This document shows positions 1 to 11,000 of a stretch of 64,000 nt of DNA, piece after piece (within the stretch, counting starts at the first letter, position 1; each line of letters starts with the position of its first letter). The notes below the pieces were generated by a model. That model ran no database searches and was not told where the DNA came from. It saw only the letters and a list, made by a program, of their open reading frames with translations. The stretch is taken from the IMG/VR virus record IMGVR_UViG_3300021181_000006, positions 32,001-96,000 of that record. One strand, written 5' to 3'. This DNA is from a virus. Made by a program: the position numbers and the translations under genes.

Positions 1-70
1 GACCTACGAAGCCAAGTTGCTGCTCTTCGAGGTTGTTATGATATGGCCATTCTACAATGTTCTGTGGCAT
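1..70 (-). CDS. partial hypothetical protein (runs off window edge)
   Basis: ATG at 70 just after the stop of the upstream gene; open to position 1 (MPQNIVEWPYHNNLEEQQLGFVG...). Confidence 0.45.
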   Translation of the reverse strand, partial: MPQNIVEWPYHNNLEEQQLGFVG

Positions 71-75
71 GTCGA

Positions 76-435
76 TTAGGTCGTTGTGGTCTTCACGGTG
101 CTATAGGTATCGCTATTCTCACGTACAGTGGTCATAGCGGTAGCTAAGCTCGTATTAATTCCAGCAGCATAGGCAATCGCTTTAGTCTCTGCCTGAGAAT
201 CGACATTACCATCAAATAACTGCGTCCAACCTGTTCCAGCACGTAATCCACGGAAGTTGTTTGGCAGCGTAAACAAGAGACTCGGAGACATGCCAATGGT
301 ATAAATCGCTCCACCATAGTTTACCTCAGGATCACCGTACTTGTTCAGTAACAGGTTATCTGCATCGGTAAACGTTAAATCAAATCTCACGGAATAAACA
401 TTGTTCGTGATAACTTGTGTAGTCTTGACATCCAT
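76..435 (-). CDS. hypothetical virion-associated protein
   Basis: 119 aa ORF with GAGGA RBS, in the structural operon downstream of the tail fibre. Confidence 0.7.
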   Translation of the reverse strand: MDVKTTQVITNNVYSVRFDLTFTDADNLLLNKYGDPEVNYGGAIYTIGMSPSLLFTLPNNFRGLRAGTGWTQLFDGNVDSQAETKAIAYAAGINTSLATAMTTVRENSDTYSTVKTTTT

Positions 436-460
436 GGTTCAGTTCCTCGAATCAGTATAA

Positions 461-2998
461 TTATCGGCCAACAATAGTTAAGAGAGCGTATCCATTACCA
501 CCATTACCGCCCTGATCTCCTCCACCACCACCGGAACCTTTAGTTCCAGGTACCGCTGGCGTTGGACCTGTTGAATTCGATCCACGGCCACCCATAGCAA
601 GAGCAGATGCGCCACCAAAGTTTGACGCATGTACGGTATTCGTACCTGCGAATCCATTAGTGCCTGTAATCCCAGCGGGGAAATCGGATTGTACAGTGGA
701 AGTACCGTCAAAGGAGGTATAGGTAACATTGCCACCTACGCCGAAGAACGATCCTGTATTTATAGCGCCAGTACCACCATTCAGTGTTAGGCTTAAATTT
801 TCTGACCCAGCAGAAGTAATCACTACAGTAGTTGCAGTACCATTAGTACCATTAGCGCTACTGCCACCAAGACCACCATTACCCATAGTGATAGCGATGG
901 AATCACCATTTGCTAAAGCGATAGGCAGATTCACTATCGCACCGCCACCGCCACCGGAGCCACCATGATGGTCATCAGATGCACCACCGCCACCAGCGCC
1001 AACTGCGGTGAGCATAACTAATACATTACTAGTAGCGTTATATGTATTCGAAGCGTTATACTCTATCACTTCCGTGAGCGCTGATTGTACAAAGGCAGTT
1101 GTTGCTACCTGAGTTGTATTAGTGCCTGGAGCTGCTGTTGGAGCTGTAGGAGTACCAGTGAGAGCTGGACTGGCTAAAGGTGCTAAAGTAGGCAATGTAC
1201 TATTAATAGTAGCAACAGCTGTAGTGAGCGTGCTATCAGCACTCGCTCTAGCAGCAGCTTCTGCGTTTAATTCAGTAACACGTACCGCATTAGTTCCAGA
1301 CACTGGAACCGAAGTAATATCAACTGCAGTGGGAGTTATTGTAACCGTATGCGTACTATCTGTCAGTACAGCATGAACATTGGTAATATTGGTGCTATTA
1401 GAACCAGCAGTTAATGATACTAAATTGGCATGAGATGTATTAGTATTCGTTCCATCCGTAGTCACTGTACCCGTAGGTGTAGTAACCGTGGAATTACTTC
1501 CAGCATCTACCGCAGTAATGGCTGTACTGGTTACTGAGATGGACGCTCCAGCAGGAACGCTATTTCTTACAGAATCATTCGATGAGTACGTATGAGTACC
1601 TGTGATAACGTCAGTGCCACGTGATGTATATTTATTACGTAATTGCTCAATAGCATCAAGGAACGTGAGATTAGTACCAGACCAATCCGATCCTGATGGA
1701 TTTGTGAGAGAGAATACCTGCAGCGTCACTGTCGAGGCATTAATATCCTGCCGCATCGAGTGGCTACTGATATAGGTAAAGCCTAAACGAGAACTAATAA
1801 AAGCAATGGCTTGGTCTAAGATTGAAAGCGCTTTGTTATGCGAATCTCCAGTATTACTGGAGTTGACATAAAATACATTGCCATTCTGAATGACGAAGTC
1901 AGACCCATTATACGCCACTGGATTACCAGACTGTCCAAGAGCGACAATGTCAGCAACTTCAGTGAGTGTCTGGTTATAAGCAACTAAGCTGGATTCGCCA
2001 ATACGATCCACGATCAAACGTAAGAAAGTGTCTAAGCGTTGGAATGACTCACGCAGAGGTCTTCCATCTCGTAAAAAGGATGTGAAGCGGTAATTCGAGT
2101 AGTTGGTATCTGTAGTCTCAAAGGTTCCATAGATTGGATGGACTGACGGAGTACCAGCTTGCCCAGAACTGAAAGCAGGATGTGTATTTAGCCCAAAAGT
2201 TTGATCCGTAGGCGTCATAGTATACGTGACGTTTGTAGGACTATTGTTATCGTTTTCAATCAATGGCTCAAAGATATTGACGCCCATCAGGTCGTTCATA
2301 TTCTCGAAAAGATTCTTATAACGATAGACATCAACACCAGTCGAAGGATTACCAGATCCATCGCTTAAGAATGGAGGTAATGCAGCGGTACTTACTCCAT
2401 ATACTTCTTGGATACGAATCTTAAGAATAGGTGTAATATTATTTAAGACAGAGTTTGCATTCTGCCAAGCCTGCTTCGTAGGACCTGATACCGTGCCATC
2501 TCCACCTGGATTTTGCTCATATAACTCGTTATATGCTTGACGATCAGGATCAGGAAGTAACACACCAGTGCCAACTGGCTGCAGCGTGAGCATATCTAAC
2601 TCTAAGAGATAGTATGCTGGAGTCTGATCTTGCTGAGATACACGAACTTCAATAGCGACTAACTTAGGAGCAATAGTCGTAGTCGAAGCGATATAATTGT
2701 GTTGGATACCAATAATGATGTTCTTAGGATATGGAAAATCACTCACTGGCATCTTTCCGCCAGGATTGATACCATTAATCGTAAAGCTTACTGGATCATT
2801 AAAGAACAGTTTGACGCCATCTTGCGTGACAATAGCACCAGGTCCCAGATTAATCTGGTTACGATTAGTCGTAGGAAAACTATAGTCGAAGCCAAATACG
2901 ACGTGACCACGCTGCCAACCAGCATCGTCCTTTACCAACTCATTGAGAAGTAGCGTAGAGCGCTGATCTCGATAGGAAAATGTGGCCTGGTCAACCAT
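461..2998 (-). CDS. tail fibre protein with Gly-rich C-terminal domain
   Basis: 845 aa; phage tail-fibre repeat SPALTGTPTAPTAAPGTNTTQVATTAFVQ, Thr/Ser-rich stalk, GAGGGG-type Gly-rich C-terminus. Confidence 0.8.
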   Translation of the reverse strand: MVDQATFSYRDQRSTLLLNELVKDDAGWQRGHVVFGFDYSFPTTNRNQINLGPGAIVTQDGVKLFFNDPVSFTINGINPGGKMPVSDFPYPKNIIIGIQHNYIASTTTIAPKLVAIEVRVSQQDQTPAYYLLELDMLTLQPVGTGVLLPDPDRQAYNELYEQNPGGDGTVSGPTKQAWQNANSVLNNITPILKIRIQEVYGVSTAALPPFLSDGSGNPSTGVDVYRYKNLFENMNDLMGVNIFEPLIENDNNSPTNVTYTMTPTDQTFGLNTHPAFSSGQAGTPSVHPIYGTFETTDTNYSNYRFTSFLRDGRPLRESFQRLDTFLRLIVDRIGESSLVAYNQTLTEVADIVALGQSGNPVAYNGSDFVIQNGNVFYVNSSNTGDSHNKALSILDQAIAFISSRLGFTYISSHSMRQDINASTVTLQVFSLTNPSGSDWSGTNLTFLDAIEQLRNKYTSRGTDVITGTHTYSSNDSVRNSVPAGASISVTSTAITAVDAGSNSTVTTPTGTVTTDGTNTNTSHANLVSLTAGSNSTNITNVHAVLTDSTHTVTITPTAVDITSVPVSGTNAVRVTELNAEAAARASADSTLTTAVATINSTLPTLAPLASPALTGTPTAPTAAPGTNTTQVATTAFVQSALTEVIEYNASNTYNATSNVLVMLTAVGAGGGGASDDHHGGSGGGGGAIVNLPIALANGDSIAITMGNGGLGGSSANGTNGTATTVVITSAGSENLSLTLNGGTGAINTGSFFGVGGNVTYTSFDGTSTVQSDFPAGITGTNGFAGTNTVHASNFGGASALAMGGRGSNSTGPTPAVPGTKGSGGGGGDQGGNGGNGYALLTIVGR

Positions 2999-3249
2999 TA
3001 GTGCAGTCCTTTGAACCCATTACGCATATAAGGTACTGCGAGGGCTCCTAATCCGCCGACTTCTAAGCCATCCTTGGCTTTATCATTCATATCTTTACCG
3101 GTAGTCAGTTTATAAGCTGAAGGCGCAGCGAGTGCTCCTAAAGCCCCTACTTCACGAATATTAGATGCCTTACCACCCATGGAAAAGGCATCTCCGATGA
3201 TACCAGATGTCTTTTCGATAGCTGATGCGATTTTTTCGATATTGTTCAC
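2998..3249 (-). CDS. small Gly/Ala-rich protein (MNNIEKIA N-terminus)
   Basis: 83 aa, GTG start, two GxLGALA hydrophobic segments, abuts neighbouring genes. Confidence 0.65.
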   Translation of the reverse strand: MNNIEKIASAIEKTSGIIGDAFSMGGKASNIREVGALGALAAPSAYKLTTGKDMNDKAKDGLEVGGLGALAVPYMRNGFKGLH

Positions 3250-3485
3250 TTATTCGCCTTTTCTTTTACTGCGTAATGCACCTACTGCACCAATTAATCC
3301 AGCACCGATTAACGCTCCATGTAGACTAGTTTTACTTGGGAATTTAGTTTTCCCATGAGTAACTAACTCAGAGGCATGATTAGCCACTGCACCAGCTATA
3401 GAGCCTATGCCAGCACCAATCGCCGTATTTTTAGCACGTCTCTTCACTTCTGAAGTGGCTTTAGCGATTTTTTCGATATTGTTCA
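3227..3485. repeat. 22-bp direct repeat GCGATTTTTTCGATATTGTTCA (3227-3248 and 3464-3485)
   Basis: identical copies read directly; they encode the shared N-terminus of two adjacent ORFs. Confidence 0.9.
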
Positions 3486-3486
3486 T
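3250..3486 (-). CDS. small Gly/Ala-rich protein (MNNIEKIA N-terminus)
   Basis: 78 aa, two GAxIG glycine-zipper-like segments, same first 8 aa as the neighbour. Confidence 0.65.
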   Translation of the reverse strand: MNNIEKIAKATSEVKRRAKNTAIGAGIGSIAGAVANHASELVTHGKTKFPSKTSLHGALIGAGLIGAVGALRSKRKGE

Positions 3487-3548
3487 GCGTTACCTGACAA
3501 TGGCTTCAGGTAGTGTAACTAAAAATAAAGCCCGGACAATCGGTCTCT

Positions 3549-4022
3549 TTAGAAGGAGATTTCCCACCGAATAGAAAGTGTCGTACCAGCAGGCTTCTGA
3601 ATGGCACCAAACGTAGCCCGTGACCAGAGATAGCCGCCTTGACTGAATAGACCAGCTTCGTCAAAAGTGATAGCAGTAGCGATAGGAATAATACCTGTCC
3701 ATACCACTACGCTACCAAATGCACTTAAATCTGATGCATCTTGCACGTAAGGGCGCGGATCAATACTTGGACCAATAGCAATAGAAAGTAATGGATTAAC
3801 TAACCCAGTTTGAGTTACTAATACGGTCTGAGGAGTAGCATCACCAGTGAATCCGATATTCATAGATGCTAAGAAGTCCGAGCTAGGACCACCAATGAGC
3901 GATGCTGCCTTGATAGTTCTTGAAGAGTTTACGATCTCATTGTGAGTAGATACCACAATCTTGCCATCCAGAATAATCTGTATAGCTCCATGCTCACGAC
4001 GATCCTGATCAAATAATTTCAT
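3549..4022 (-). CDS. baseplate/tail-fibre attachment protein (tail-collar-like)
   Basis: 157 aa; C-terminal EAGLFSQGGYLWSRATFGAIQK...IRWEISF pattern typical of myovirus fibre-attachment domains; follows wedge genes. Confidence 0.55.
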   Translation of the reverse strand: MKLFDQDRREHGAIQIILDGKIVVSTHNEIVNSSRTIKAASLIGGPSSDFLASMNIGFTGDATPQTVLVTQTGLVNPLLSIAIGPSIDPRPYVQDASDLSAFGSVVVWTGIIPIATAITFDEAGLFSQGGYLWSRATFGAIQKPAGTTLSIRWEISF

Positions 4023-7000
4023 TGAGTAACCCTATTACGTAGAATTCAGATGTTAATGTGATATTTGGATTTGTAAAGGGCTGTACGAAGTTGAGCGTAA
4101 AATTATCTACAACATTGCTAACAGTGTATACGCCAACGTTTTCTCCATCAAGAATTACCACTTGATTACCAACTTGAATACTCGCTGATAACTGATCATT
4201 GCTTTGCCAGTTCACTCCATTGATCTGTCCTGTTGAGACATAGCGTTGGAACTGAGCCGTTACAGGTGAACTAAAGACAGTAAAAGCCATGTCCATAGTT
4301 AATGAGTTACCTGAAATAGCAGTAACCGTCAGATATTGTGTACTGGTAGGCTGCCCTGCTAAGAACACCACATCATTAACCTGTACACCAGGATCTGCTC
4401 CTGAGTAGGTCAGATGAATACCATCAGCCCCAGTCACTGCGAGGCTGTACGGTAAGAAGTTCAGATGCGTAGAGACGAAAGCCTTCTCAGTAGAAGCGAT
4501 GGTATCGCTATCTGATAGAGCGCTATTTATGTCAATGAACCAGTGACTAGAGCTTGGAATAATATTATCAAGGAACGTCGTAATATTCGACAGATCTGGA
4601 TTCGCAATAAACGAATTCGCATCTAACTCAATGATGGTCGTGTGTGGTTTTATTTGGTTGTAGAGGCTAGTGGCATTATTAGTAATATCTAACGTATTGT
4701 TTAATGTGCTCACATTCTCGATAGCCGCATAAAACACTTCACGAAGCGTATTAGATGAAAACGCCCATACTAACGAAATCTGTTGCCCAGTCGTCAATGA
4801 CTGTGCGAGTTGAAATTGGTTCTCTTCATTCCAAGAACGAATACACTGTCTAATCGTATTACCAACTATTTCTTTATAGAGAATCAATTCAGTAAAATGA
4901 CCTTTAATGACACGTAATACTCCCTGAGGAGGTAATTGTGACGCATCATTCACGATAAGAATATTAGCTGATGCCGTTGCATCAGATGTTAAAGTCACGG
5001 TCACTGGAGCAGCTACGGATACACGTTGTGTATTTGGAATCTCTATACTCTTCACCGTATGAGAAACGCTATATCTAATCGGATTAGGATCTACAACAAC
5101 GTTTTGCTTCAGTATCAATGTATGAGTAGATACGATACGCACTGTATATGGAAGTGTAGCAGCATTTAATCCACTCATGATAAAGAGCTGATCACCAACA
5201 CTGACGGTACCGATGAAGTTCGTCGCAGAGTCTGTGAATGAGAAGCCATTGGCAGATACTGCACCGGTATTGCTATTCACCACAATGATCTGCTGGTCTT
5301 GAACTTCTGTATTAGCTACAGCAAAAGCTGCATTATTAGAAAACAACCAATTAGGACGATCATGATCGTCATAGACAGCTACTTGAGCGCTGAGAGGTTG
5401 ATATTGTGTAACGACATCACCTTGCTTCACTGCAGGAGGTAATGCTGGAGGCAGACTATAGGTATTGCCATCTTGAGTAAGAATTTCGGTATTAAAGATC
5501 TGATTGATAGCTGTGACAGTTCCGAACTTCGTCACAAGAGGTAATGCATCTGTACGAAGGATAGATATCTGCGCAGGATTCCAAATAACGAAACTGAGCC
5601 CGTTTAAGCCACTCACAGCTATATTTAATGTGAGTGTTGCACCGGATATGGATGCGACTGTAAACAGGCCTTTGGTCGAAATAAAGATCTGGGAACCAAC
5701 TTCGATATTACTAGCGAACTTGGGCCATGATATAGTGCGTGTGATGATGTTGCTTAAGACGGTGGCGTCAAACACGGCTGACTGGATTAAACCAATAGAA
5801 CCGGTGAGTGGCGTAGAGATGGTCAGCAACCCATCAGAAATATTGGAGATGGAATACCCTCCTTCGGCATTAAAGCCTACTATGGACAGTAAATCTCCAA
5901 TTTGTGCCTGTGTAGGCAGGATAGCATCTGAGATAGAAGTCTGGCCAAAGACACCAACGGTGTTTTGCCCAGCTACCGTAGAAAATCTTGGTTTAAATAA
6001 CGCTGATTGGCCTGGAAATACAATATCACCGACTTGTAGTTGTGTGGAGAGGCCATCATCAAGAGTGATAGTCTCACTACTCGTTATCAAGTTTGTTTGA
6101 GATAATACCTGTGTTACAGCACTTACTGTACTATTGGTATTAAAGAACGGAATACCCAGGAACATAGATACCGTTTCTTCGATATCTAATATATTAGGTC
6201 CGCTCCAATAACCTCTCCATAGGGCCTGTAACGCAGCCTTATACTGAGGAGTGGATCCGACTTGTGGGAAGTTCACCACAACACCGAAATTCTTAGCTAA
6301 GGTATTTTCATCAATTTCAACTACTGGACACCAGACTTTATCTGGTAATGGATGATCAGATAAGATCGCTCCATCAACGATGTCGTAGTCAGTTTCATTA
6401 AAGTACGTGAAAGTTGATCCATCAATGCGGTCTTGTAACTGCGGTATGGATGCGAGAGCAACATCCTGGCTAGCAAGAGTATATGCTTCTAATGCAGTCA
6501 GCGTCTGCCCAAGAGCATTAACAGAATACTGATTTATCAGTTTAATGTCTTCATTATAGAAGAGCAGCATATTCGTTTGCTGCAGTTGCTGCGTGGTCAA
6601 ACCAGAAAGGTCTGTTAATCCATATACATATTGTCGAGAGATTCTCTCGTACTCAATACGAATAGTTCCACCAGCAATGTTAAAGTTAAACAGTAACTGG
6701 GTGCCATCACTGGATAAAGCAAAGTTATAGTTAATGAGCTGGAGCACGCCATTAAAGAATACGCGTAAATCATCAGCTTCTGCGATCAAGAAGCCAGCAG
6801 TTACGACGTTCTGCTGATCCGTAGTATCGAATGTGCCACCATCATCGAAACGTCCACCATCATCAAAGAACGATATATTAGCAGGAACCGTAACGTTAGA
6901 CTGCTGATTCGTCAGATGGAAATGCTGTGGATAGTTACTAATGAACTGGATATTAGTCCATTCCACAATCACAGGTACAAACGTATCACTCGTCCATGAA

Positions 7001-8040
7001 TATGGGTTTACAAACTGAATCGAGGATGTAACAACATTATAAGTATACATGTTGTCTGGAATGAGTTTGCCACCAATCCAAATCCTGAGTTCTGACTCAG
7101 GACCATTGATACGCACAGTAGGAGGACATGTAATGCCATCCGTAATAGGAAGCGTGCTAAATTGTCCCGCAGTCCCGGTACCAGAGAAAGCTGCATTATT
7201 AAAGAGGTACTGTTGTCTCTGATGAACATGACGCTCCGTAAAGGTAAAGCTATCAGCGTGTGTAAACCATACGAATTCAACGAGTCCTGTCTCAGGAAGG
7301 TTAGCAATAATCGTATTACCAGATGACTGGCTATACTCTGATTGGTCTAAATAGAGTCCATTAACGAACATCATAATGTTGCCAGTCTCATAGACTGCTG
7401 GCAAGATGAAGGTACGTTGATTAGTAGCTTGGAAACTAGTTCTGAAGAAGTTAGCCTGTGGACTTAATCCTGTTAAGTCCACGCCGATGTATCCCTGTAC
7501 CACGGTGGTATTGGGAATCGATGGGTCTAAGATCAGCTGGTTACCATGAATGGTGTACTGAGAGCCATACATCAGCTCTGTGCCGTTTTGCAGAATCCCG
7601 TCAAAAAGTCGGTAGAGTTCTACGAGATTGGCTTCTAAAGCAAAAGGCAGAGTAATCGTACTACGGAATGTACGAGGTATGATCTTAAAATGTTTATGAA
7701 TTATATTGTTTTCAGTAGCAAAAGCCTGGTTAATACTACTAGTGAAAGTCGTAGTCGTCAGGTTATTCGTATTACGAATATTAGCGCCAGCAGATGCGAT
7801 ATTTGCTAGATTGGAAGCGCTCAGATCCAGTAACAACCAGCGATATTTAATAAATACCGGACACGTTGCAAGAGCTTTAGACTGATCCCGTTGATAGAGG
7901 AGAGCATAATCAGCATCCAGAACTCGCATATATGCGGTCCAGAGTCCTTCTATGAACTCACGTTGCTCTTGAGGCAGTCTATCCCAGAAATTGGGAAGAT
8001 AGCGCCAGATAAGATCTGTATTAGGACTCTGTGCTTCCAT
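4009..8040 (-). CDS. large baseplate wedge protein (P2 gpI / T4 gp7-like) with repeated beta modules
   Basis: 1343 aa; N-terminal LIWRYLPNFW motif; directly downstream of the baseplate J-like gene; internal repeats. Confidence 0.6.
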   Translation of the reverse strand: MEAQSPNTDLIWRYLPNFWDRLPQEQREFIEGLWTAYMRVLDADYALLYQRDQSKALATCPVFIKYRWLLLDLSASNLANIASAGANIRNTNNLTTTTFTSSINQAFATENNIIHKHFKIIPRTFRSTITLPFALEANLVELYRLFDGILQNGTELMYGSQYTIHGNQLILDPSIPNTTVVQGYIGVDLTGLSPQANFFRTSFQATNQRTFILPAVYETGNIMMFVNGLYLDQSEYSQSSGNTIIANLPETGLVEFVWFTHADSFTFTERHVHQRQQYLFNNAAFSGTGTAGQFSTLPITDGITCPPTVRINGPESELRIWIGGKLIPDNMYTYNVVTSSIQFVNPYSWTSDTFVPVIVEWTNIQFISNYPQHFHLTNQQSNVTVPANISFFDDGGRFDDGGTFDTTDQQNVVTAGFLIAEADDLRVFFNGVLQLINYNFALSSDGTQLLFNFNIAGGTIRIEYERISRQYVYGLTDLSGLTTQQLQQTNMLLFYNEDIKLINQYSVNALGQTLTALEAYTLASQDVALASIPQLQDRIDGSTFTYFNETDYDIVDGAILSDHPLPDKVWCPVVEIDENTLAKNFGVVVNFPQVGSTPQYKAALQALWRGYWSGPNILDIEETVSMFLGIPFFNTNSTVSAVTQVLSQTNLITSSETITLDDGLSTQLQVGDIVFPGQSALFKPRFSTVAGQNTVGVFGQTSISDAILPTQAQIGDLLSIVGFNAEGGYSISNISDGLLTISTPLTGSIGLIQSAVFDATVLSNIITRTISWPKFASNIEVGSQIFISTKGLFTVASISGATLTLNIAVSGLNGLSFVIWNPAQISILRTDALPLVTKFGTVTAINQIFNTEILTQDGNTYSLPPALPPAVKQGDVVTQYQPLSAQVAVYDDHDRPNWLFSNNAAFAVANTEVQDQQIIVVNSNTGAVSANGFSFTDSATNFIGTVSVGDQLFIMSGLNAATLPYTVRIVSTHTLILKQNVVVDPNPIRYSVSHTVKSIEIPNTQRVSVAAPVTVTLTSDATASANILIVNDASQLPPQGVLRVIKGHFTELILYKEIVGNTIRQCIRSWNEENQFQLAQSLTTGQQISLVWAFSSNTLREVFYAAIENVSTLNNTLDITNNATSLYNQIKPHTTIIELDANSFIANPDLSNITTFLDNIIPSSSHWFIDINSALSDSDTIASTEKAFVSTHLNFLPYSLAVTGADGIHLTYSGADPGVQVNDVVFLAGQPTSTQYLTVTAISGNSLTMDMAFTVFSSPVTAQFQRYVSTGQINGVNWQSNDQLSASIQVGNQVVILDGENVGVYTVSNVVDNFTLNFVQPFTNPNITLTSEFYVIGLLNEII

Positions 8041-8043
8041 GAA

Positions 8044-11000
8044 TTACGAACTCGAAATATTCACAGTGATCACAGATGGGATATACGTACTGGTCTCCGA
8101 ACTCGTAACACTCGTAGGAGATGTTGTTGTAGTCATGGTACCATCAGACTGTAGGTATACTGCCGTCAGAAGCAAGCTAGATGTATCTACGTAGGTAACG
8201 CCATTCGCATACAGTAACTGAATAATATCAGACGCCTGAATCGGATTCACTGACTCTTGAGTCGTTATATAACTATTAATAACATCTTGGGCAGTAGTCA
8301 GCGTAATGGTACCAGTCACATTGACAGTGACTGATACAAAGGTCGATTCAAATCTCTTAATAAGCAAGTTATTACACGTCACTTTATTACCACGAGTATT
8401 ACAGAACGAATTCACAGTAGCAACATTCGGATCACTAAAGTAAGAAATCTGTAACGCTGATCCAATCAATGCTGAGTTCGTGAATACGAGATTCACTTGT
8501 TCTTGAGCGCTATAGCGTGTACCAATATTGACCACTTCGAGAGTATAATCTGATCCCTGCACCAATGGCGATGATGATACATCACCCGTGGTTGGATCAA
8601 TGGTAAAGATATTCTGGATACCTAAGATCGGTAAATTAAAGAACGTATTACCGTAGTAATCATAGTTTTCATTAATCGTATAGGTGATATTAGACTTAAT
8701 AGGAACTTGCTTACTGATATACCATTGTTCACTATTCGCAGGGCTTGTAGAATTAATAAATCCACTGCTGTTAAAATTGGCGTCATATGCAGTCGTACCT
8801 GTGTTAATAGCAATCTGCGTTGCCGATAACTGACTCTGTATGATATATGGGGCGACGCGAGCATGTGTTCCAGAGATAATAAACAGGTTATATCCCACGG
8901 GATCAATACCAGTAAAGGCATCGTCGAAATTAATATCCAGGGATTCAAATACATTCGTAGCATTAGCAGCTCCACCAGCCAGTCCTTCAGCAGGACGGTT
9001 ATTGAGCACGGGAACAGAATCTACTTCCCATGGTTGCTGTAAGCTCGTGATAATAAATGGATTCACATTATCACGGACAATAGTGTAGGTTTCTGATCCA
9101 GGAATTACTGAATCCACTAATGGCTGACTCAAAGTCAGCGCCGACGAGGTTGTGCTGGCAATATAATAATAACTGAGCGTTCCGCCGCTATTAATAATCA
9201 GCGTATCACCAGCCAATACACTAGCATATGGTGTGCCAGGCTCAGTAATAACTGTAGATCCAGCAACATGGGCAGCGTTAAACGTTGTGTTAGCAGGTAA
9301 GATTGACTCACCACTGGTTACTAATGTTCCATTAATTTGTACTTCATTCGCTGAAGTAAACTGAATCACTTCATATACACCTTGATTCGGTCCATTAATG
9401 ATATTAACGAAGTATGGAAAATTCGTTGTTGGAAATCCTGAGGCGATAGCGGAGAAATCATTTCCGTTAAACGTTGGGCAATACAACGTTGATCCCCACG
9501 CTGATCCAGCAAAGTCGAGAGCACCACCGATGGAGTTCACCACAGACCACTGATCTCCAACGGCGACAGCACCAAGTAACCCAGTGCTCAATGTGAGAGC
9601 CCCTGTAGCCATCGTGGTGGCATTATCTATCGTATAGGTACCAGCGGCTGTTCCGGTATGGATAATCAGTATGAAGCCAGGCCAGGCACCTCTGCCGAGA
9701 TCGGAATCCGTAAGGACCGTCGCGCTTGCCGCCTGTGTGGTCTGGAAGGAGCCGGTATTAATAAAGCGGTTGAGTTTGATATTCGATGTACTGAATACAT
9801 TGGCAGGATAGCGGCCAATCGTGAGATTGGTAGAAATTCCTGATCCAGTGTATTGTTTATCGAACTGTGCTCTGAGATTCGTGCCATTGTCGTATACATC
9901 CACCAGCGTATAAGTAACGCTACTATCAGTAAAGACATCACCGCGCTTAATATTAGCGCCAGTAGCGAATGTAGCAAAACGAGCATTAGTTACGATAGTT
10001 GCTGATAATGCAACCGTTACCGATGTACTTTTCGTAGGAACTACAAAGATCTCAAAGAGATCTCCCACATTCACATTTTGTGTAGGCACTAATGGCGAGA
10101 TCCAAACAGTATGCGCACCAGTAATGCTATGATTCGTTGTAGTCGTAGTCGTACTAGCAATCTGGAATGCTGTCGCAGCAGGATTTCCGCCTAATGAAGA
10201 CTGAATGACAATATACTGACCGATTAACGACGGATCCACGGCAGAAATAACATTCGTTCCACCAAAGGTGATCGATTGAGTAATAGGAGTTTGAGCCACC
10301 CAGATCTCGTCGTCACTAACGACGTTAAGGACGGTATATTGACCCCAGGCACTCCCTGTTGTAATAAAAAGTATGTCGCCTGTTTGAGTCTGTGTTGGAC
10401 CAGCAGTGCCACCAATACCGGGATAGTTGAAATCAGCTGAGGTTCCATTAAATGAGATAGCGGCATTAAATACTCCTGATTGACGGGAGATATTTGATGG
10501 CGTCAATTCAATGAGATTCGGCGTCACGTAATCTATTGAGTGATAACCGAAGAGATTGCTCACGAAGTAATCACCAACTGCAATACCATCATCAACAATG
10601 AAGTTTCCAGAACTAAAATCAGTAAAGAAGTTACTGTTCGGGAAGTAGATACCATCTAATGAATTTAATTTCTCACCAGATGAGATACGCAGCGTATTAT
10701 CAGCGGATGACTGCTTAATGGTATAGGTCGTGGTGACTACCTCGCCAAATTCAGTCTCGGTAGTATTTAAGAGGTTACCGCTAATAATCTGGGCTACACC
10801 ATTGATGTAGAATGCCTGATTTGGATCATAAAAAATATTACCCTGGATAACACCAGTATCGCCAGAGAAGATCGTCGTTGATGTTGCGCTAGGAATAGCC
10901 TGTACCACCAGATTTTCTGGTAACGCATTAATATTCAGCTGATACGATGTAATACCAGTCGTATCGATATAGACGTCTACATAGCCGCCGATGTGGATTT

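Noticed and set aside
5504-6100. 198-aa plus-strand ORF (and similar antisense or alternate-frame ORFs at 729, 1122, 13787, 21954, 26432, 44170, 48322, 60494)
   Set aside because: Shadows of long, motif-bearing genes; no RBS, motifs or operon logic.
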